From contig NC_087260.1 in NCBI RefSeq assembly GCF_037042905.1, forward strand, positions 21,638,001-21,702,000: a stretch of DNA of 64,000 nt. The letters run 5' to 3'. A program made the position numbers and the translations under genes. Below are positions 36,802-50,400 of this stretch, one piece after another. The stretch's first letter is position 1, and each line of letters opens with the position of its first letter. The notes under the pieces are model-generated. The model was not told where the DNA came from. It saw nothing but the letters and a program-made list of their open reading frames with translations, and did no database searches. Source of the stretch: Lytechinus pictus. Taxonomy: Eukaryota.

Positions 36802-38220
36802 GTGAGTCATTTTGGGTGCTTCTTGTTTGGTGTTGTTGGTGTTGGTGTTAATAGTGTGAGTCAAGACTTCAAGACACATTAGGAACAAGGACTGGGATGT
36901 TTCATAGAGTGCTTCTTCTTTGGTGTTGTTGTTGGTATTGTTATTATCAAGACTTCAGGATGACAGGTAAGTCATTTGGGTGCTTCTTGTTTGGTGTTGG
37001 TGTTGGTGTTGATAGTAAGAGTTAAGACTTCAAGACACATTAGGAACGATGACTGGGAGGTCACATAGAGTGGTTCTTGTTTGGTGTTGTTTTGGTATTG
37101 GTGTTATCAAGACTTCAGGACACATTGGCAGGATGACAGGTAAGTCATTTTTGGTGCTTCTTTTTTGGTGTTGTTGGTGTTGGTGTTAATAGTGTGAGTC
37201 AAGACTTCAAGACACATTAGGAACAATGACTAGGATGCCACATAGAGTGCTTCTTCTTTGGTGTTGTTGTTGGTATTGTTATTATCAAGACTTCAGGATG
37301 ACAGGTAAGTCATTTGAGTGCTTCTTGTTTGGTGTTGGTGTTGGTGTTAATAGTGTGAGTTAAAACTTCAAGACACATTAGGAACGATGACTGGGAGGTC
37401 ACAAAGAGTGCTTCTTGTTTGGTGTTGTTTTGTTATTGGTGTTATCAAGACTTCAGGACACATTGGCAGGATGACAGGTAAGTCATTTTTGGTGCTTCTT
37501 GTTTGGTGTTGTTGGTGTTGGTGTTAATAGTGTGAGTCAAGACTTCAAGACACATTAGGAACAATGACTAGGATGTCACATAGAGTGCTTCTTGTTTGGT
37601 GTTGTTGTTGGTATTGTTATTATCAAGACTCCAGGACACATTGGCAGGATGACAGGTAAGTCACTTGGGGTGCTTCTTGTTTGGTGTTGGTGTTGGTGTT
37701 AATAGTGTGAGTCAAGACTTCAAGACACATTGAGAATGATGACTGGAATGTCACATAGAGTGCTCCTTGTTTGGTAGTGTTGTTGGTATGTGTTATCAAG
37801 ACTTCAGGATGACAGGTAAGTTACATTGGGTGCTTCTCAATTGGTGTTAGTGTTGATATTAATAGTGCAAAGCAGACTGCCTGATCTAACCTTTAACAGA
37901 CTCCTTGTTCTAGCAGCTAACATGGAACCAAGAGTTACCATCAGGACATTGGCATGATGAATTTTTGGTCATATAAGGTGCTTCATGTTTGATGTTAGTG
38001 TAAGTGTTGGTGTTGAGAGTGTGAAGGAGGCTGCTTGAACAACGTGTAGCTCCAACTATCTCCTGGTTCTAACAGCTCATGTAGAACCAGGACTCCAGGA
38101 TATATTGATATGATGACATTTAGGTTAACATTGGTTGTTTCATGTAGGTGTTAAAAAACTGTTGGTGTTTTGATTGTGTGAAACAGACTGCCTGACCTAG
38201 TGCCAACTGACTCCTTGTTC
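36770..38220 (+). repeat. Intronic minisatellite (160-178 bp units) derived from the MRPL2 exon-3 end and splice donor
   Basis: AAGACTTCAGGA(CACATTGGCAGGA)TGACAG|GTAAGT recurs with donors after 36966, 37139, 37304, 37477, 37655 and 37815. Degenerate copies extend to ~38220. Confidence 0.93.
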
Positions 38221-38287
38221 TTAACTGACACCATGCTGTCTTGAATCATATTTTAAGTCAATTATATTTTTTTCGCAAATTTCCCAG

Positions 38288-38539
38288 TGGTGGCCAATGA
38301 GGGTGATGCATACCCCCTGGGAGCGCTCCCCATCGGGTCTTTGGTTCACTGTGTAGAGCTCTATCCTGGAGAGGGCGCCATTCGGGTCAGGGCGGGAGGA
38401 ACGTCGGCTCAGATCCTGAGAAAGGTTGGGGGGCAGGTCATCCTCCAGCTGCCGTCCAAACTGCAGGTCAGCGTCAGCGAGAGATGCATGGCAACCGTTG
38501 GCCGGGCATCGGGAGACCAACATAATAGAATGTTCATAG
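38288..38539 (+). CDS. MRPL2: MRPL2 exon 4
   Basis: VANEGDAYPLGALPIGSLVHCVELYPGEGAIRVRAGGTSAQILRK...LPS...CMATVGRAS, the L2 C-terminal domain. Confidence 0.95.
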
Positions 38540-39005
38540 GTAAGGGTTGAAATCTACTCTTCATTATTAATCCCCCTTGTTGCATTTTCAGCTTTTCACT
38601 TGTCAAAATAAAATTTGGTTCATAAATTATTAAATGGTTATGTGGTATTAGACCATGTAGATGAATGGGCACAGCCCAACTGGAATTAGACAAAATGGTA
38701 AATGGGCTGAATGGCAATGGACTAAATGGTTAGTAACTGAACTGGGGTCCATTGCAGAAAGAGTTGCATTTAAATGCAAGTAAAAAAATCAATCGCAAGT
38801 CCCAAATGTGCGCTGTTGATTGGTTGAAAATCAAGTTGCGATTGATTGCAACTCTTTCTGAAACGGGCCCCAGGTTGGAGTAACTAGATCTAGTCTAGAT
38901 GGGATTAGACCAAACAGAAAGTAGGCTAAGTTGGTGTAGACCAAGTGGCAATTACCAAAAAACAGCTGTGACAATTTACTGTACCGTCTCCTCTTGAATG
39001 TTCTT

Positions 39006-39270
39006 GGCCCCGTCTTACAAAGAGTTGCGATCGGATCAATCACAACTATGGACGGCCAGCAACGTCAACATCTAAAAATGCAAATTTGTTCAAAATATTT
39101 TCTAGATATGATGTACATTCATACATTTATCGTTCTCTTGAAGATTCAGTGTGATTCTCTTTGTTTTAAGGAGATTGTGCATATTCCCTGTAGAAAAATC
39201 ATGACACTGATAGATTTCCATATAGGTACAATTGATTGGATCAATCGTAACTCTTTGTAAGACGGGGCCC
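39006..39270. mobile_element. Harbinger-like MITE family GGGCCCCGTCTTACAAAGAG (also ~41767-42037 and ~42182-42454)
   Basis: TIRs and homologous bodies are visible in three copies. Confidence 0.8.
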
Positions 39271-39582
39271 AGATTACATTAACTCGCTGCCTACTTCTAT
39301 AATTTTGATTGTATTGGATTGAAATGATTTACTCTCTTGCTTACAGCTGTGGCAAAATCAGAACCCATTTGGCTCCCCATTTCTTCTGCACCACCCAATA
39401 CTCAGTGCCTAGCCTTTCAATATGTAAATGATTTTTTTTTTGCAATGCAGACATCACACTTTTGAGATGGAGGGATGGGGGGTCTTATGTAGGATTTGAG
39501 TATCAATTCAAGGTAGAAAATGATAATGATCTCATATCTTCTGTTTCATTTGTTATATATTCCATCATCCTTTCCTTCCACA

Positions 39583-39631
39583 TTTTTGTCTCACCTGCAT
39601 AGCAGAGTGAGACTATAGGCGCCGCTTTTCC

Positions 39632-39662
<31 letters not shown>

Positions 39663-40483
39663 GCGGCGGCGTCAACACCAAATCTTAACCTGAGGTTAAG
39701 TTTTTGAAATGACAGCATAACTTAGAAAGTATATGGACCTAGTTCATGAAACTTGGCCATAAGGTTAATCAAGTATTACTGAACATCCTGCCTGAGTTTC
39801 ATGTCACATGACCAAGGTCAAAGGTCATTTAGGGTCAATGAACTTAGACCATGTTGGGGGAATCAACATCAAAATCTTAACCTAAGGTTAAGTTTTTGAA
39901 ATGTCATCATAACTTAGAAAATATATGGACCTAGTTCATGAAACTTATACATAAGGTTAATCAAGTATCACTGAACATCCTGCATGAGTTTCACGTCACA
40001 TGACCAAGGTCAAAGGTCATTTAGGGTCAATGAACTTTGGCCGAATTGGGGGTATCTGTTGAATTACCATCATAACTTTGAAAGTTTATGGATCTGATTC
40101 ATGAAACTTGGACATAATAGTAATCAAGTATTACTGAACATCCTGTGCAAGTTTCAGGTCACATGATCAAGGTCAAAGGTCATTTAGGGTCAATGAACTT
40201 TGGCCAAATTGGGGTATTTGTTGAATTACAGCCATAAATTTGAAAGTGTGTTGGTCTAGTTCATAAAACTTGGACATAATAGTAATCAAGTATCACTGAA
40301 CATCCTGTGCGAGTTTCAGGTCACATGATCAAGGTCAAAGGTCATGTAAGGTCAAAGAACTTTGGCCACGTTGGGGGTACAGTATTTGTTGAATTGCCAT
40401 CATATCTCTATAAGTGTATTGGTCTAGTTCATAAAACGTGGAAATAAGAGTAACCAAGTATCACTGAACATCTTGTGCGAGTT
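39583..40483 (+). mobile_element. Helentron/HINE-like element with (CGG)n microsatellite and ~178-bp tandem core
   Basis: TTTTTGTCTCAC...GTGAGAC subterminal hairpin, a microsatellite, then about 4.5 tandem units. The 3' end is lost at a SINE insertion. Confidence 0.7.
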
Positions 40484-40484
40484 A

Positions 40485-40759
40485 TAATAATAATAATATA
40501 GGGTATTTATATTGCGCACATATCCACCTTGTTAGGTGCTCAAGGCGCTCCTATATTACCCGGCTAAGCTAGGCGTTCATAGCGCACACAGCTTTTTAAG
40601 GAATTACTTCCTACCGGTACCCATTTACCTCACCTGGGTTGAGTGCAGCACATTGTGGATCAGTTTCTTGCCGAAGGAAATTACGCCATGGCTGGGATTC
40701 GAACCCACGACCCTCTGTTTCAAAGTCCGAAGACTAATCCACTGGGCCACAACGCTCCA
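40485..40759 (-). mobile_element. tRNA-derived SINE with Deu/Nin-like central domain and L2-type tail
   Basis: A box TGGCCCAGTGG, B box GGTTCGAATCC, core GCACTCAACCCAGGTG..AAATGGGTACC, and (ATT)n tail. Confidence 0.8.
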
Positions 40760-40877
40760 GTAGTTTTCAAAATCAGCACTGCTGCTATATTGAATCGCGT
40801 GATGCAGGTGAGACGGCCAGAGGCATTCCACTTGTTATTGTGTTCTCTCTCTTTGTATTTTTTTTTCCATATTACAG

Positions 40878-41029
40878 GCAAGGCTGGTAGGAATCGATGG
40901 TTTGGGAGACGTCCGAGCAGTGGTCTATGGCAGAGGAAAGGAGGATGGGCAGGGCGTAAGATTAAGCCCCTCCCACCTATCAAAGTATACATGGACCCAA
41001 ACAAGAAAGGAACGCATATAACCGTTTAG
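40878..41029 (+). CDS. MRPL2: MRPL2 terminal coding exon
   Basis: [34 protein letters not shown] followed by a stop; typical metazoan MRPL2 C-terminus. Confidence 0.95.
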
Positions 41030-43858
41030 CTTTTTAGTCACTTCTGTATAAATTGTAAGGCAATTTCAGATTTCAATTTCTTTCATTTCAGAACCTCCAG
41101 ATAACTTTTCTTCTCATTTCTGCAGATTATGTGAGCCAATTGCACTTAATTGTGAAAGATCAAATAATCAGAGATACCCATTTTTAGGCATTTTGCCTGA
41201 TATCATGCCTTGAGAACTTGCTATTTCAGGGTTGGTGTTTTTCCAGGCTTTATGTTGTTCAGTACTTATTGGGCTTTAACATGATCTGGCTCCTTTTCAG
41301 GCCAAGTGAGTCAAACTAACTGGCATTGCTGAAATAATGAGAGCATGTGTAATACCTGTAATGATAATACTATTCCAATTGACATGGAATATGACATCCA
41401 ATTATATCCCCTGTCATTAAATCTTGGCTTGCCTGTACATGTGTAAGTCAAAGTGTACAATTTATACTAAATTCATTCTTAAAGTGATTCAATTAAACTG
41501 TGATCTGACTCAAAGCAACTTTAATGAATATGATGCCCCTGCCATACTGCAGGGGTGTGTTTCATGAAATGATATGTCCAATGTGTTATCCGATAGTTAC
41601 CACAGTGAGAGTGCTTCTCAGCCAATCAAAATCAAATAAAGTTGTCAGATTTTCAACGCTCCCCAGGTCTCGCTCTAATACAAGCAAAACCAGGCATGAA
41701 ATAAATGGTACACGTACGTGAATGAACTTTTGAGTGTGTGTGGTTCACATCCTCGCCATGTTATCAGGTCCCCTTCTCACAAAGAGTTACGATAGATCCG
41801 ATCAACCTCAAGTATATGGAAATCCATTAACGTCATATTTTTTTCAGGAAATTTGCACAATTTGTCCATTGTAAACCAAGAGAAGCATACTAATTTTTCA
41901 AGAAAACTGAATGTATGAATAAACAGATCTATAAAATGTTTGAACAAACATGAATTTTAGATGATGACGTTGCTGGCTTTCCATACATGTAGTTGTGGTT
42001 GATTAGATCAATCGTGACTCTTTGTAAGACGGGGCCCTGGTGTCAACTCAACAAATGTGTAGAGTGTAGAGTATGCACAGTAAACCTCTAATTCATTACA
42101 TTGATTGTCTTTTTGGTGGCCAGGTATCTTTTTTTTCCTTTTTTTTTTGGGGGGGGGGGGAATAATGATTTTGCTATTTCAGGGCCCCATCTTACAAAGA
42201 GTTAGGATTGATCCAATCAATCGCAACTATGGAAAGCCAGCAACGTCAACATCTAAACGCATGATTGTTCAAACAAATTTTCTAGATATGATTGTATATC
42301 CATAAATTGATTAATTTCTTGACAATTTGGTGATTTCTCCTTTGTTTGCAAAGGACATTTTGCCAATTTCCTGTAGAATAAATTATGACACTGATGGATT
42401 TCCATAGAGTTACAATTGATTGGATCAATTGTAACTCTTTGTAAGACGGGGCCCAGGTCTTGACCATGAGATTAAGATCCAATGGGGGTACTTTAAATCA
42501 AGAAATAATTGAGCAAATAAATGTCTAATTCAAACAGAAAGGCTGAGCCCACCAGTAATCTGCACTATTAAAGCACCCACCCGCATTCATTATTAGACCC
42601 AAGTGCATACACTCGCATCAAGTGCTTTCAGACCACAAAATTAGGTACAGTCATTCACAGAGTAGTTTCAGATTTCCTTTGTGAATTATTGTCATGGATT
42701 TTCGATACATTTTCTTTGTTAATGGAAGTCTGCTCTTTTTCATAGAAATTGATATCAATAATGTATGTGAAATTTAAGAGATAAATTCTCTATTAGACAT
42801 GATTTCCTTCTGATTGTAATAAATTTGGTACGTGATTATAACAACTTTGAGTAATCCAGGCCTTGTTAAATTTCAATATTCTAATTGGGAAAGGCCATTT
42901 CTCAAAAGAGCAATGGGTGGGGGGGGGGGAGGGGTTAAAAAGGCCACAAAAAATGTCCATGGCCGCTTAAAGAGACACTGAGGTCACCAATAAATCATGG
43001 TCTTAAGTGGCTACGGATTTATTTAAACGTTGAGAATCAGATCCCAACACACATTGGGTTTTGATTCACAAAGACTTGTTTTAATTAAGTGCACAATTTC
43101 TATAACAAGTTAGATATCAGCAAATCAAATCAAATGATTTCAGTAGCTTTAAACAGTTATTAAAAATATGTTATTAACGCAAGTTGTGTGAAACAGGTGC
43201 CAGTACCAATGATGGTTGTGTTACTCATATGGTTCTGAATATTACCAATTTGATTCATAATTTCTTTTTGAAAAATTGATCTGTGTTGAGATATGATTTA
43301 TTTATTATCATATCAGAATAAATTATATGTCAAGTGAAAATAAAACGGACTTCCGAATTTCTACTTTAAATGAGTTTGTGTTAATATTATGTTAAATGTT
43401 TTGGTGTCTTTAATGATTTCTGTTATGGTTAAATATATTTGTGACTATATAATTCTGTTATGGTTGAATATATTTGTGACTATATAATTTGCCGCGGGAG
43501 CTGGAACTAAGTGAGTTGCAATCAGTGTTTAGAATCAGTCATAATATTTTGTACGTTTTACATGTACTTACTGTTAAATAAACATCATTTTTGCGATTGA
43601 TCATTTATATGACGGCCAAAATGGAATATTTGGCACAACATGCTTCTGGTTGATTAAAAAAAGCAATTAAGTTCAAGTCCACCCCCGTTTGATTAGCAAC
43701 CTCCTTATTTAGCCTAACTGAGATGCAAAATCTTGTTCACTGAAATAAAGTGATGTAAAAAAAGTGCTCAAACTCGAGTCTTCCATAATGACTTCCTACC
43801 CCTAAGCCATAATCCGGCTTTTAGCTCCTTGATCAGTCGACCATGGTTTATGTTAAAT

Positions 43859-44912
43859 CCCGGGGTGGGGGGGGGGGGCACTTCCATTGATGAGTGGATG
43901 CCATGTGTGACCAAAAAACATGTAAAAAGGATCCCTTTCTACAGCAGGGACGGTGGAACATTTTTCGTGGGGGGGGGGTGCAAAGCCAAAAAAGGGCACC
44001 TAAATGGCAAAATGGGCATTTCGAAGCAAAGGCAAAACGTGAGCTGAAGATTTTAATACACTGGCCAGAAAAGGATGCTGATAAGGACTGTATTTAGAGA
44101 CTGATAAATAAGATACATATCTCACCATTCGAATAATGCAAGCGCGAGCTGAAAATTTGTGATATTCCAAGCTGAAAACTTGACATTCTAAGCACATTTT
44201 GCCACCAAGAACAGAATGACTACCTTGCTAAACATTAATTGATGCGAGCGCGAAGCGCAAGCCAAACATTTTGTGATTTTCTTGCATAAAATGAATATGT
44301 TTTAGTTCAAAAAAGTATTTGATTTTGAAAAAGGGCACGTATCATCTTTAAAAAAAAGGGCACTTTCCATTTTGAAAAAGGGAATTTTTTCCTACTGGGA
44401 ATTTCTGGGGGCAAGTGCCCCCCCCCCCGGTTCTGTCGCCCCTGTTCTCAAGATAGGGCGCGTTACGTACGTAACGTATAAGGGTGTAAAAAAAGGGTAT
44501 ACATTTCGCTAGGAAAACTACGTGTTTACGGTCCATTTTGCGAGGGTATAAGAAGACTAAAATATTTTATAAAGGATTTACTTTTCGCCCCAACATGTGT
44601 TTAGGGTCAGATTTGAGTGAGGTGTGTGGGGTGGTACTAAACCCAATGAAAGTAAAGGTAAAGCCGATGTCCGTGATCATAAGATATCGTTTTACTTGTG
44701 TATGGGGTCAATTCAGGGAATACTTGTCAAGGGTACCGTTTTGTTTCCAATAGTTGTTAAGGGTAGGGTTTTCCAAAGGGGTTTCACACTCGAATACTTG
44801 TTAAGGGGTGCACTTTCAGAACATGGAAAATACTTGTTTAGGGTGCTTTTCGAAACCCCATGGTTGCGCATGGTATCCACTCGTCAATGGAAGCCCCCCC
44901 CCCCCCCCCCCC
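43859..44912. mobile_element. CCCGG-type non-autonomous DNA transposon with a nested GCGCGAAGCGC-type insert
   Basis: TIRs, and homology to 19976-22325. Confidence 0.7.
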
Positions 44913-46259
44913 CCAGTGCAATGGAATCCTCAATTTTCACAAATTACAGATGTTGTCCTTTCATATATTTTGTATGTAATTTCCTATATGTTTGTTATAA
45001 GTCGACTAAATGACCTGGTACATTGTTTATGATATTGGCTTGTAAAGATTGTCTTTAATCGGTTTATATTTTCTTGAAAATAAATAAATGAAATTAAATA
45101 TTGATTACCCATATCCCCCCCCCCCCCCCCCCCCCATTTTGGGCGATGCTGGATCAGCACGTGGTATAAGGTGTGCATCGAAAACGTATAGACACATTAT
45201 TCGATACACACTTGTGAAAAAAACCCATCGATTTACGATAAACCACAAAGAATGTATGATCAGAACTCTATAGGCCTATTTAATTTTCGTCTTTTATTGC
45301 CATCTTAATTGTCTGTTTTATCAGAACAAACCTGATATCAAAACTCTTACGGTTCTCAAGTATCGCTAATTAGGGATATGAAAGAAACTACTTGTGGTCG
45401 GTGTGAAAGTAAAAGACAATAGCACAGAAATACATTCACCTATTGTACATCTTGTGACGGTTCCATGAAATTTGCTCCGGCGACAATTTCTCTGCTATAA
45501 ATTCCACACACTAATGGAATTACCAACTTTAACCAAGGATTTAACGCTATACCCTATCATAAACCTAACATAAAACCCCTTTGCAACGCTAAACCTAACC
45601 CTATGACTTAGACGAAATAAAGTCCGGAGCAATTGTGATCGTGTCACCCTTGTGCCCCTTGTGGTTGTAGTGGCGTAGAAAGATCTTTCGGGAAGGGGGA
45701 TCCATAGTAGGCTTGGCCTAAATGTATACTGATGGATGTACTTTTGTCAGAGGATCCTTGATTTTGGTCAATAAACTTTGCTGTTACGGCCGACTCGTTC
45801 AAATGTGGCCATAATTTCGGTCTGAAAATTATTATTCTTGACATGTTAATGAAATGAACCTGATGTAAATATCGCAAATCATGCACCATATAAAAAAAGT
45901 CTTTACAATGTCATAAATTGTGCAATTCGTAATTCATTGAATAAATAAGACAAGATAATTATGTGATATATATATATAATGTATATATAATAACATATAA
46001 TCATTCCTATTGCTTGATTTCTAATTCTTGATATGAAAAAAATAGTTCATGATATCAATAACTATTTCTTGACATCAAGAAATAGGAATAAACGTTGGAA
46101 GGCTCGCTATTTTTATATCGCTGATCAAAATTTCGCTAATGACTGGTTAAAAGAAGAATGTCTCCTTTCTCCGAGAGATGCCAAAGTAACAATCAGACTT
46201 ACCAGTCAATCAAATCCAATGAAAGTTAGGACAACTTGTCAGGTGACAACTTGGTAAAT

Positions 46260-46570
46260 TTTCAATTTGTCTACTGCCAACAACTTGTCCACTCGCCACA
46301 TGGTCTACTTTCATTTAGTCTAATGCCATTTCGTCTATGACCATTTCGTCTCATAACCAGTTGGTCTAGTATCCATCCCATTTTCATTCATTTTGCACAA
46401 TTTAACACTTAGTCCAACTAGACCAAATGGTAGATGGACTAAATGGCACTTGTTATTAGACGGAATGCCATTTATAGACTAAAGGAAAGTAGACCATGTG
46501 GTGAGTGGACGAACTGATGGTAGACCAAATGGTAGTAAACGAGTAGATTGGACGAATTGGAAATAAACCG
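46260..46570. mobile_element. MITE with ~15-bp subterminal repeats (TAGACCAAATGG family)
   Basis: Inverted arms CCACATGGTCTACTTTC and GAAAGTAGACCATGTGG. Confidence 0.65.
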
Positions 46571-47434
46571 ACAACTGTACGTTCGACAACGTACTGTTGA
46601 TGGAGTGCCACAATTTAGCTTGACTACCGCGTTATTGTTTATCAGATAATAAAGATCTGCATCACTTTCCTTTGGAACAAATAATTTATTTATTCTATTT
46701 TTATTTATTGGTTTATATGCACAAAATATTGACCAGCAGCACAAACTGAAAGGGTCAATTTACAAAAAATCATGAAATAAAATATAACAAAGCAAATGAA
46801 CATAAACGTAATTACAGTATTGTATATCAAAACTTAAATCCAATTAAAAGATGTATCTCATAAATAGAAGTTTGAGGAAGAGAGAAATTAGCACACAGGA
46901 AGAGAGAGAGAAATAGAGTAATGGAAAGAAAAGGGGGAGAGATGGGAGCACGAACTCCAAATAGAGAAAATTGAGTGAGGTAGAGAGAAAAAGAGAAAGT
47001 GTTGAAGAAGAGGAGAGTGACATGAAGAACATAGAAGACAAAATATTGTCAATACACATCATTTCGCTCGAACATTTTCGAAACTCGGTACTACTGAAAA
47101 ATTTCGTAAAACCTCGGCTGCGTCTCAGGCGTGTTCTAAAGGTACCTAGTGTTTGTATTCCCAATATGCCATCGCTGGTCTGCAATATATGATATGTATG
47201 GTATTCGACAATCCAATATTTCGCCAATCAATATCCAATTATCTAATTATAAATTCCGTAAACTATAAAACTAAGAAAAGCAAAGATTAATTGGCAACTT
47301 TCCTATGCTATCAGATGTTGCTTAATTAATCCCTCTAATGTTCATTGTGCATCTGATAGGAAGAGTTTTCGATATGTTAGAAGGGTAATATATTGATGGT
47401 TCTTTTTACTTTACCTCACCCCCCCCCCCTGCCC

Positions 47435-50400
47435 TCACACAGGTGTTTCTCGGAACATAATTTCATCGGTATTGCCTAACTCTAACTCACTAATTTTATC
47501 CACCATACCAAACGAACACCCGTTGCTTGATTCTTCACCATCGAGCTGAAATATCCCTTCGCCATAGTCGGTATCAATGTCATTGTCTATTTCAATCGTT
47601 GGAATACTCCAGTCGACTTCACTTGAATTAGTAGGTAGAGGATCAATGGTTTGACGATGCAATTCGTCGTGATTTGCATTATATAAACTCATATCAGATG
47701 AGTCGCCATCGTCGTAACTGTTTTCGTGGCTTTCACAGTCTCTCTCAAAATCGTCTGCCCGTAATGACGATTCATTCGAGGCTTCGCATGAGCTTCGATG
47801 TGGATCAAAGAAATTGTGTCTTTTTGCCAGAACTTGATGGGTAACAGCAGCAAACACTTCAGACAGTTCTTGTGAATATCTTGTCGTTTCACTTCTGGCG
47901 AAACTCGAGCCGGGGGCTTCAGCGTGAATCAATGCCTCTGTGACGACACGATTATTTGCATTAATTTGGATACCCTTTCTTTCTGGACATTTTTCTGCAG
48001 CTGGGACGAGGTTACGATGATAAATGTGGCGGATCCTTGGTTTAGTCAACGTCTCACACGCGCGACTTCCTGCCTCCTGATCATCGGCTGTGACCAAGCA
48101 GTCTTTTCTTTGATTACCTACAACATGTCCTTTACCTCTGCATAAATATGTGTGTTTTACGACCATCTCGCTAAGAACTACATTATCGTCCGCTTGTAGA
48201 ATATCTGGATCTGAAAAATGTTTCTGGCTGAGTGCTTGCACCAAGTCTTCAGGCCGTGGGGGTATGGGAGGTGGAGGATGATCGGGTCTGATGTCACGTT
48301 GTGATAAACGAATATGACCTAACACAGGAGGGTTTCTGTTGATTTGTATACGATTGTCATCTTCAGGATCCTCATGAGGCCCTATCACAGGTTCCGTTAC
48401 CAGACTGTTATTGATATCTTGATAAATAACTGATCTTGCCTTGATAGATATTTTTCTGCAGTTTCGTCCACATGGTGAAAGTTTGACTCCATTAAGGATA
48501 ACGACGACCAAAATCAGTCCAACCATAAGGAAGGAAATCGTGAAATTAGATATGAATGGAGATGATCCTTTGACATTTATGGCATCATTATCCCCTTTCG
48601 GGAATTCTCCTGTTCCTTTGTTAACATCACCTGAAGATGGCACAGTTGGGGCATTTGTAGACATGCTGCCTTTGGTCAACAGTTCAGTCAACGACAGTTG
48701 CCTTGAGGATGTGGTCTTTGGTAAGACATCAAAATGAGATGTCAACGGTGTGGTTACGTTACTCTTAAGTTTCCACGATGGATCACAAGGGAGGAAAGTT
48801 AGCGGAATTGAGGCCAGTCGCCGAGTTTTAAAGTTTACACACTTTATGTTCGTGACGTCAGACCTGCCCTGCGGTAAAACAAGGTCTAACGTCGATAAGA
48901 AAGAAATGTCCACCATTCGAATGCGATTGTTTGTTATCAGTTTATGTAACCATTCTACTCTACAGTCACATTGAATGGGGTTTTGAGACAGACGCAGTTC
49001 GAATTCACCAATCCTATTCGGTAGTACATCCCGAGAAAGTGTTTGCAAGGCATTTTTTCTTAGGTCAACAAATAACAACCGCCTCCCGCTGAATGTAAAA
49101 GACCCCAAAGACGTTATTTCGTTTGATCTTGCATTTATTCCTATTAACGAAGGAACGGATCTAAATGCAAACGAATCTAACCGAACAATATAGTTGTTCG
49201 ATATATCGATGTATTTAATGGATTGAAGACCTTCAAAGAAAATTTCTTCGATAGAATGAAGATCGCAAAATGATAATATCAAGGAACGCAACTCGACTAA
49301 ACCTTGAAAGATTCCTTCATATAGGAGAGATCCTATTCGGGTCCTGGATAGATACAGTATCTCCAGAGAAGTGAGAGTCCGAGTGGTGTCAATACCTGCA
49401 GGTGTAGAATGGCTACAGTTTGACAGTTCGGTATCTATGCTGGTAAGGTTATTCCGCCCCATGTCAATGAAGACCACGTTGCCGAGGTCAATATTCCAAC
49501 AGTCAGACAAATAACCAATATTGTTGTTCTGGAGATAAAGGTGTGTTAGCATACGAAGTCCGGCGAAGGTGTCTCGCATCAGCGTCACTATTTTGTTGTT
49601 GTTAAGGTAGAGGTCAACAAGGGAATACATTCCCCGAAACGACCTCGGTTCAAGATGATAGATCGCATTGGATTGGAGACTTAATGTTGCCACCGACCTC
49701 AAATCAGCGAAATCTCCTTCATGGATGATAGCTATGGAATTATACTGCAATGACAGTTCCTCAAGGCCTTCCAAACAATTGAAGGAATCTTGTTGTATAG
49801 TCCTTACATTCGCTGATTGCAAATCGATTCGGGTAAGGCTGGTCATTCCTGAGAATGAACTTGGTTGGAGGCTCCTGAGTTTATTTTTTGAAAGTTGTAG
49901 AGTCGCCAGCTTCCCAAGGTCCCTTCCCCAGCCAATCTCTATCGTCTCGATAGAGTTGTTGCGGATTCTTAGATCAAAGAGTGATGTCAGGAAACTGAAC
50001 GAAGCATACCTTAATACTTTAAGGTTGTTATTCTGCAGGTCGAGATACTCAAGATTAAACATTCCTTCAGTCCAGTTGCTATGTAAGTGCTTAATTTTAT
50101 TGTTTGAAAGGTTTAAGTATTCTAGGCGCGAAAATGAGCACCAACTTGTGGGATCAATCGAAGAGATTTGGTTTTCGGACAAGTCTATGCGTGAGATATT
50201 TCCAGCGCCGTCGCACCATCCTCGAAACAAGGTTTTGATTTTGTTGTGACACAGAAGAATGTTTGTTAAGTCACCGAGTCCAAGGAGCGTTGCGTTGTGC
50301 ATCGCAGTCAGAAGATTGTTGTTCAAAGACAGTCGGAAAAGTTTTCCGACGTCTCTCCCCCAGGCAGTTTGGAGATACTGAATCGAGTTGTTGTCAAGGG

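Noticed and set aside
36770-37870. CRISPR-like repeat-spacer array
   Set aside because: The intervening sequences are themselves repeated, so this is a minisatellite derived from the exon end.
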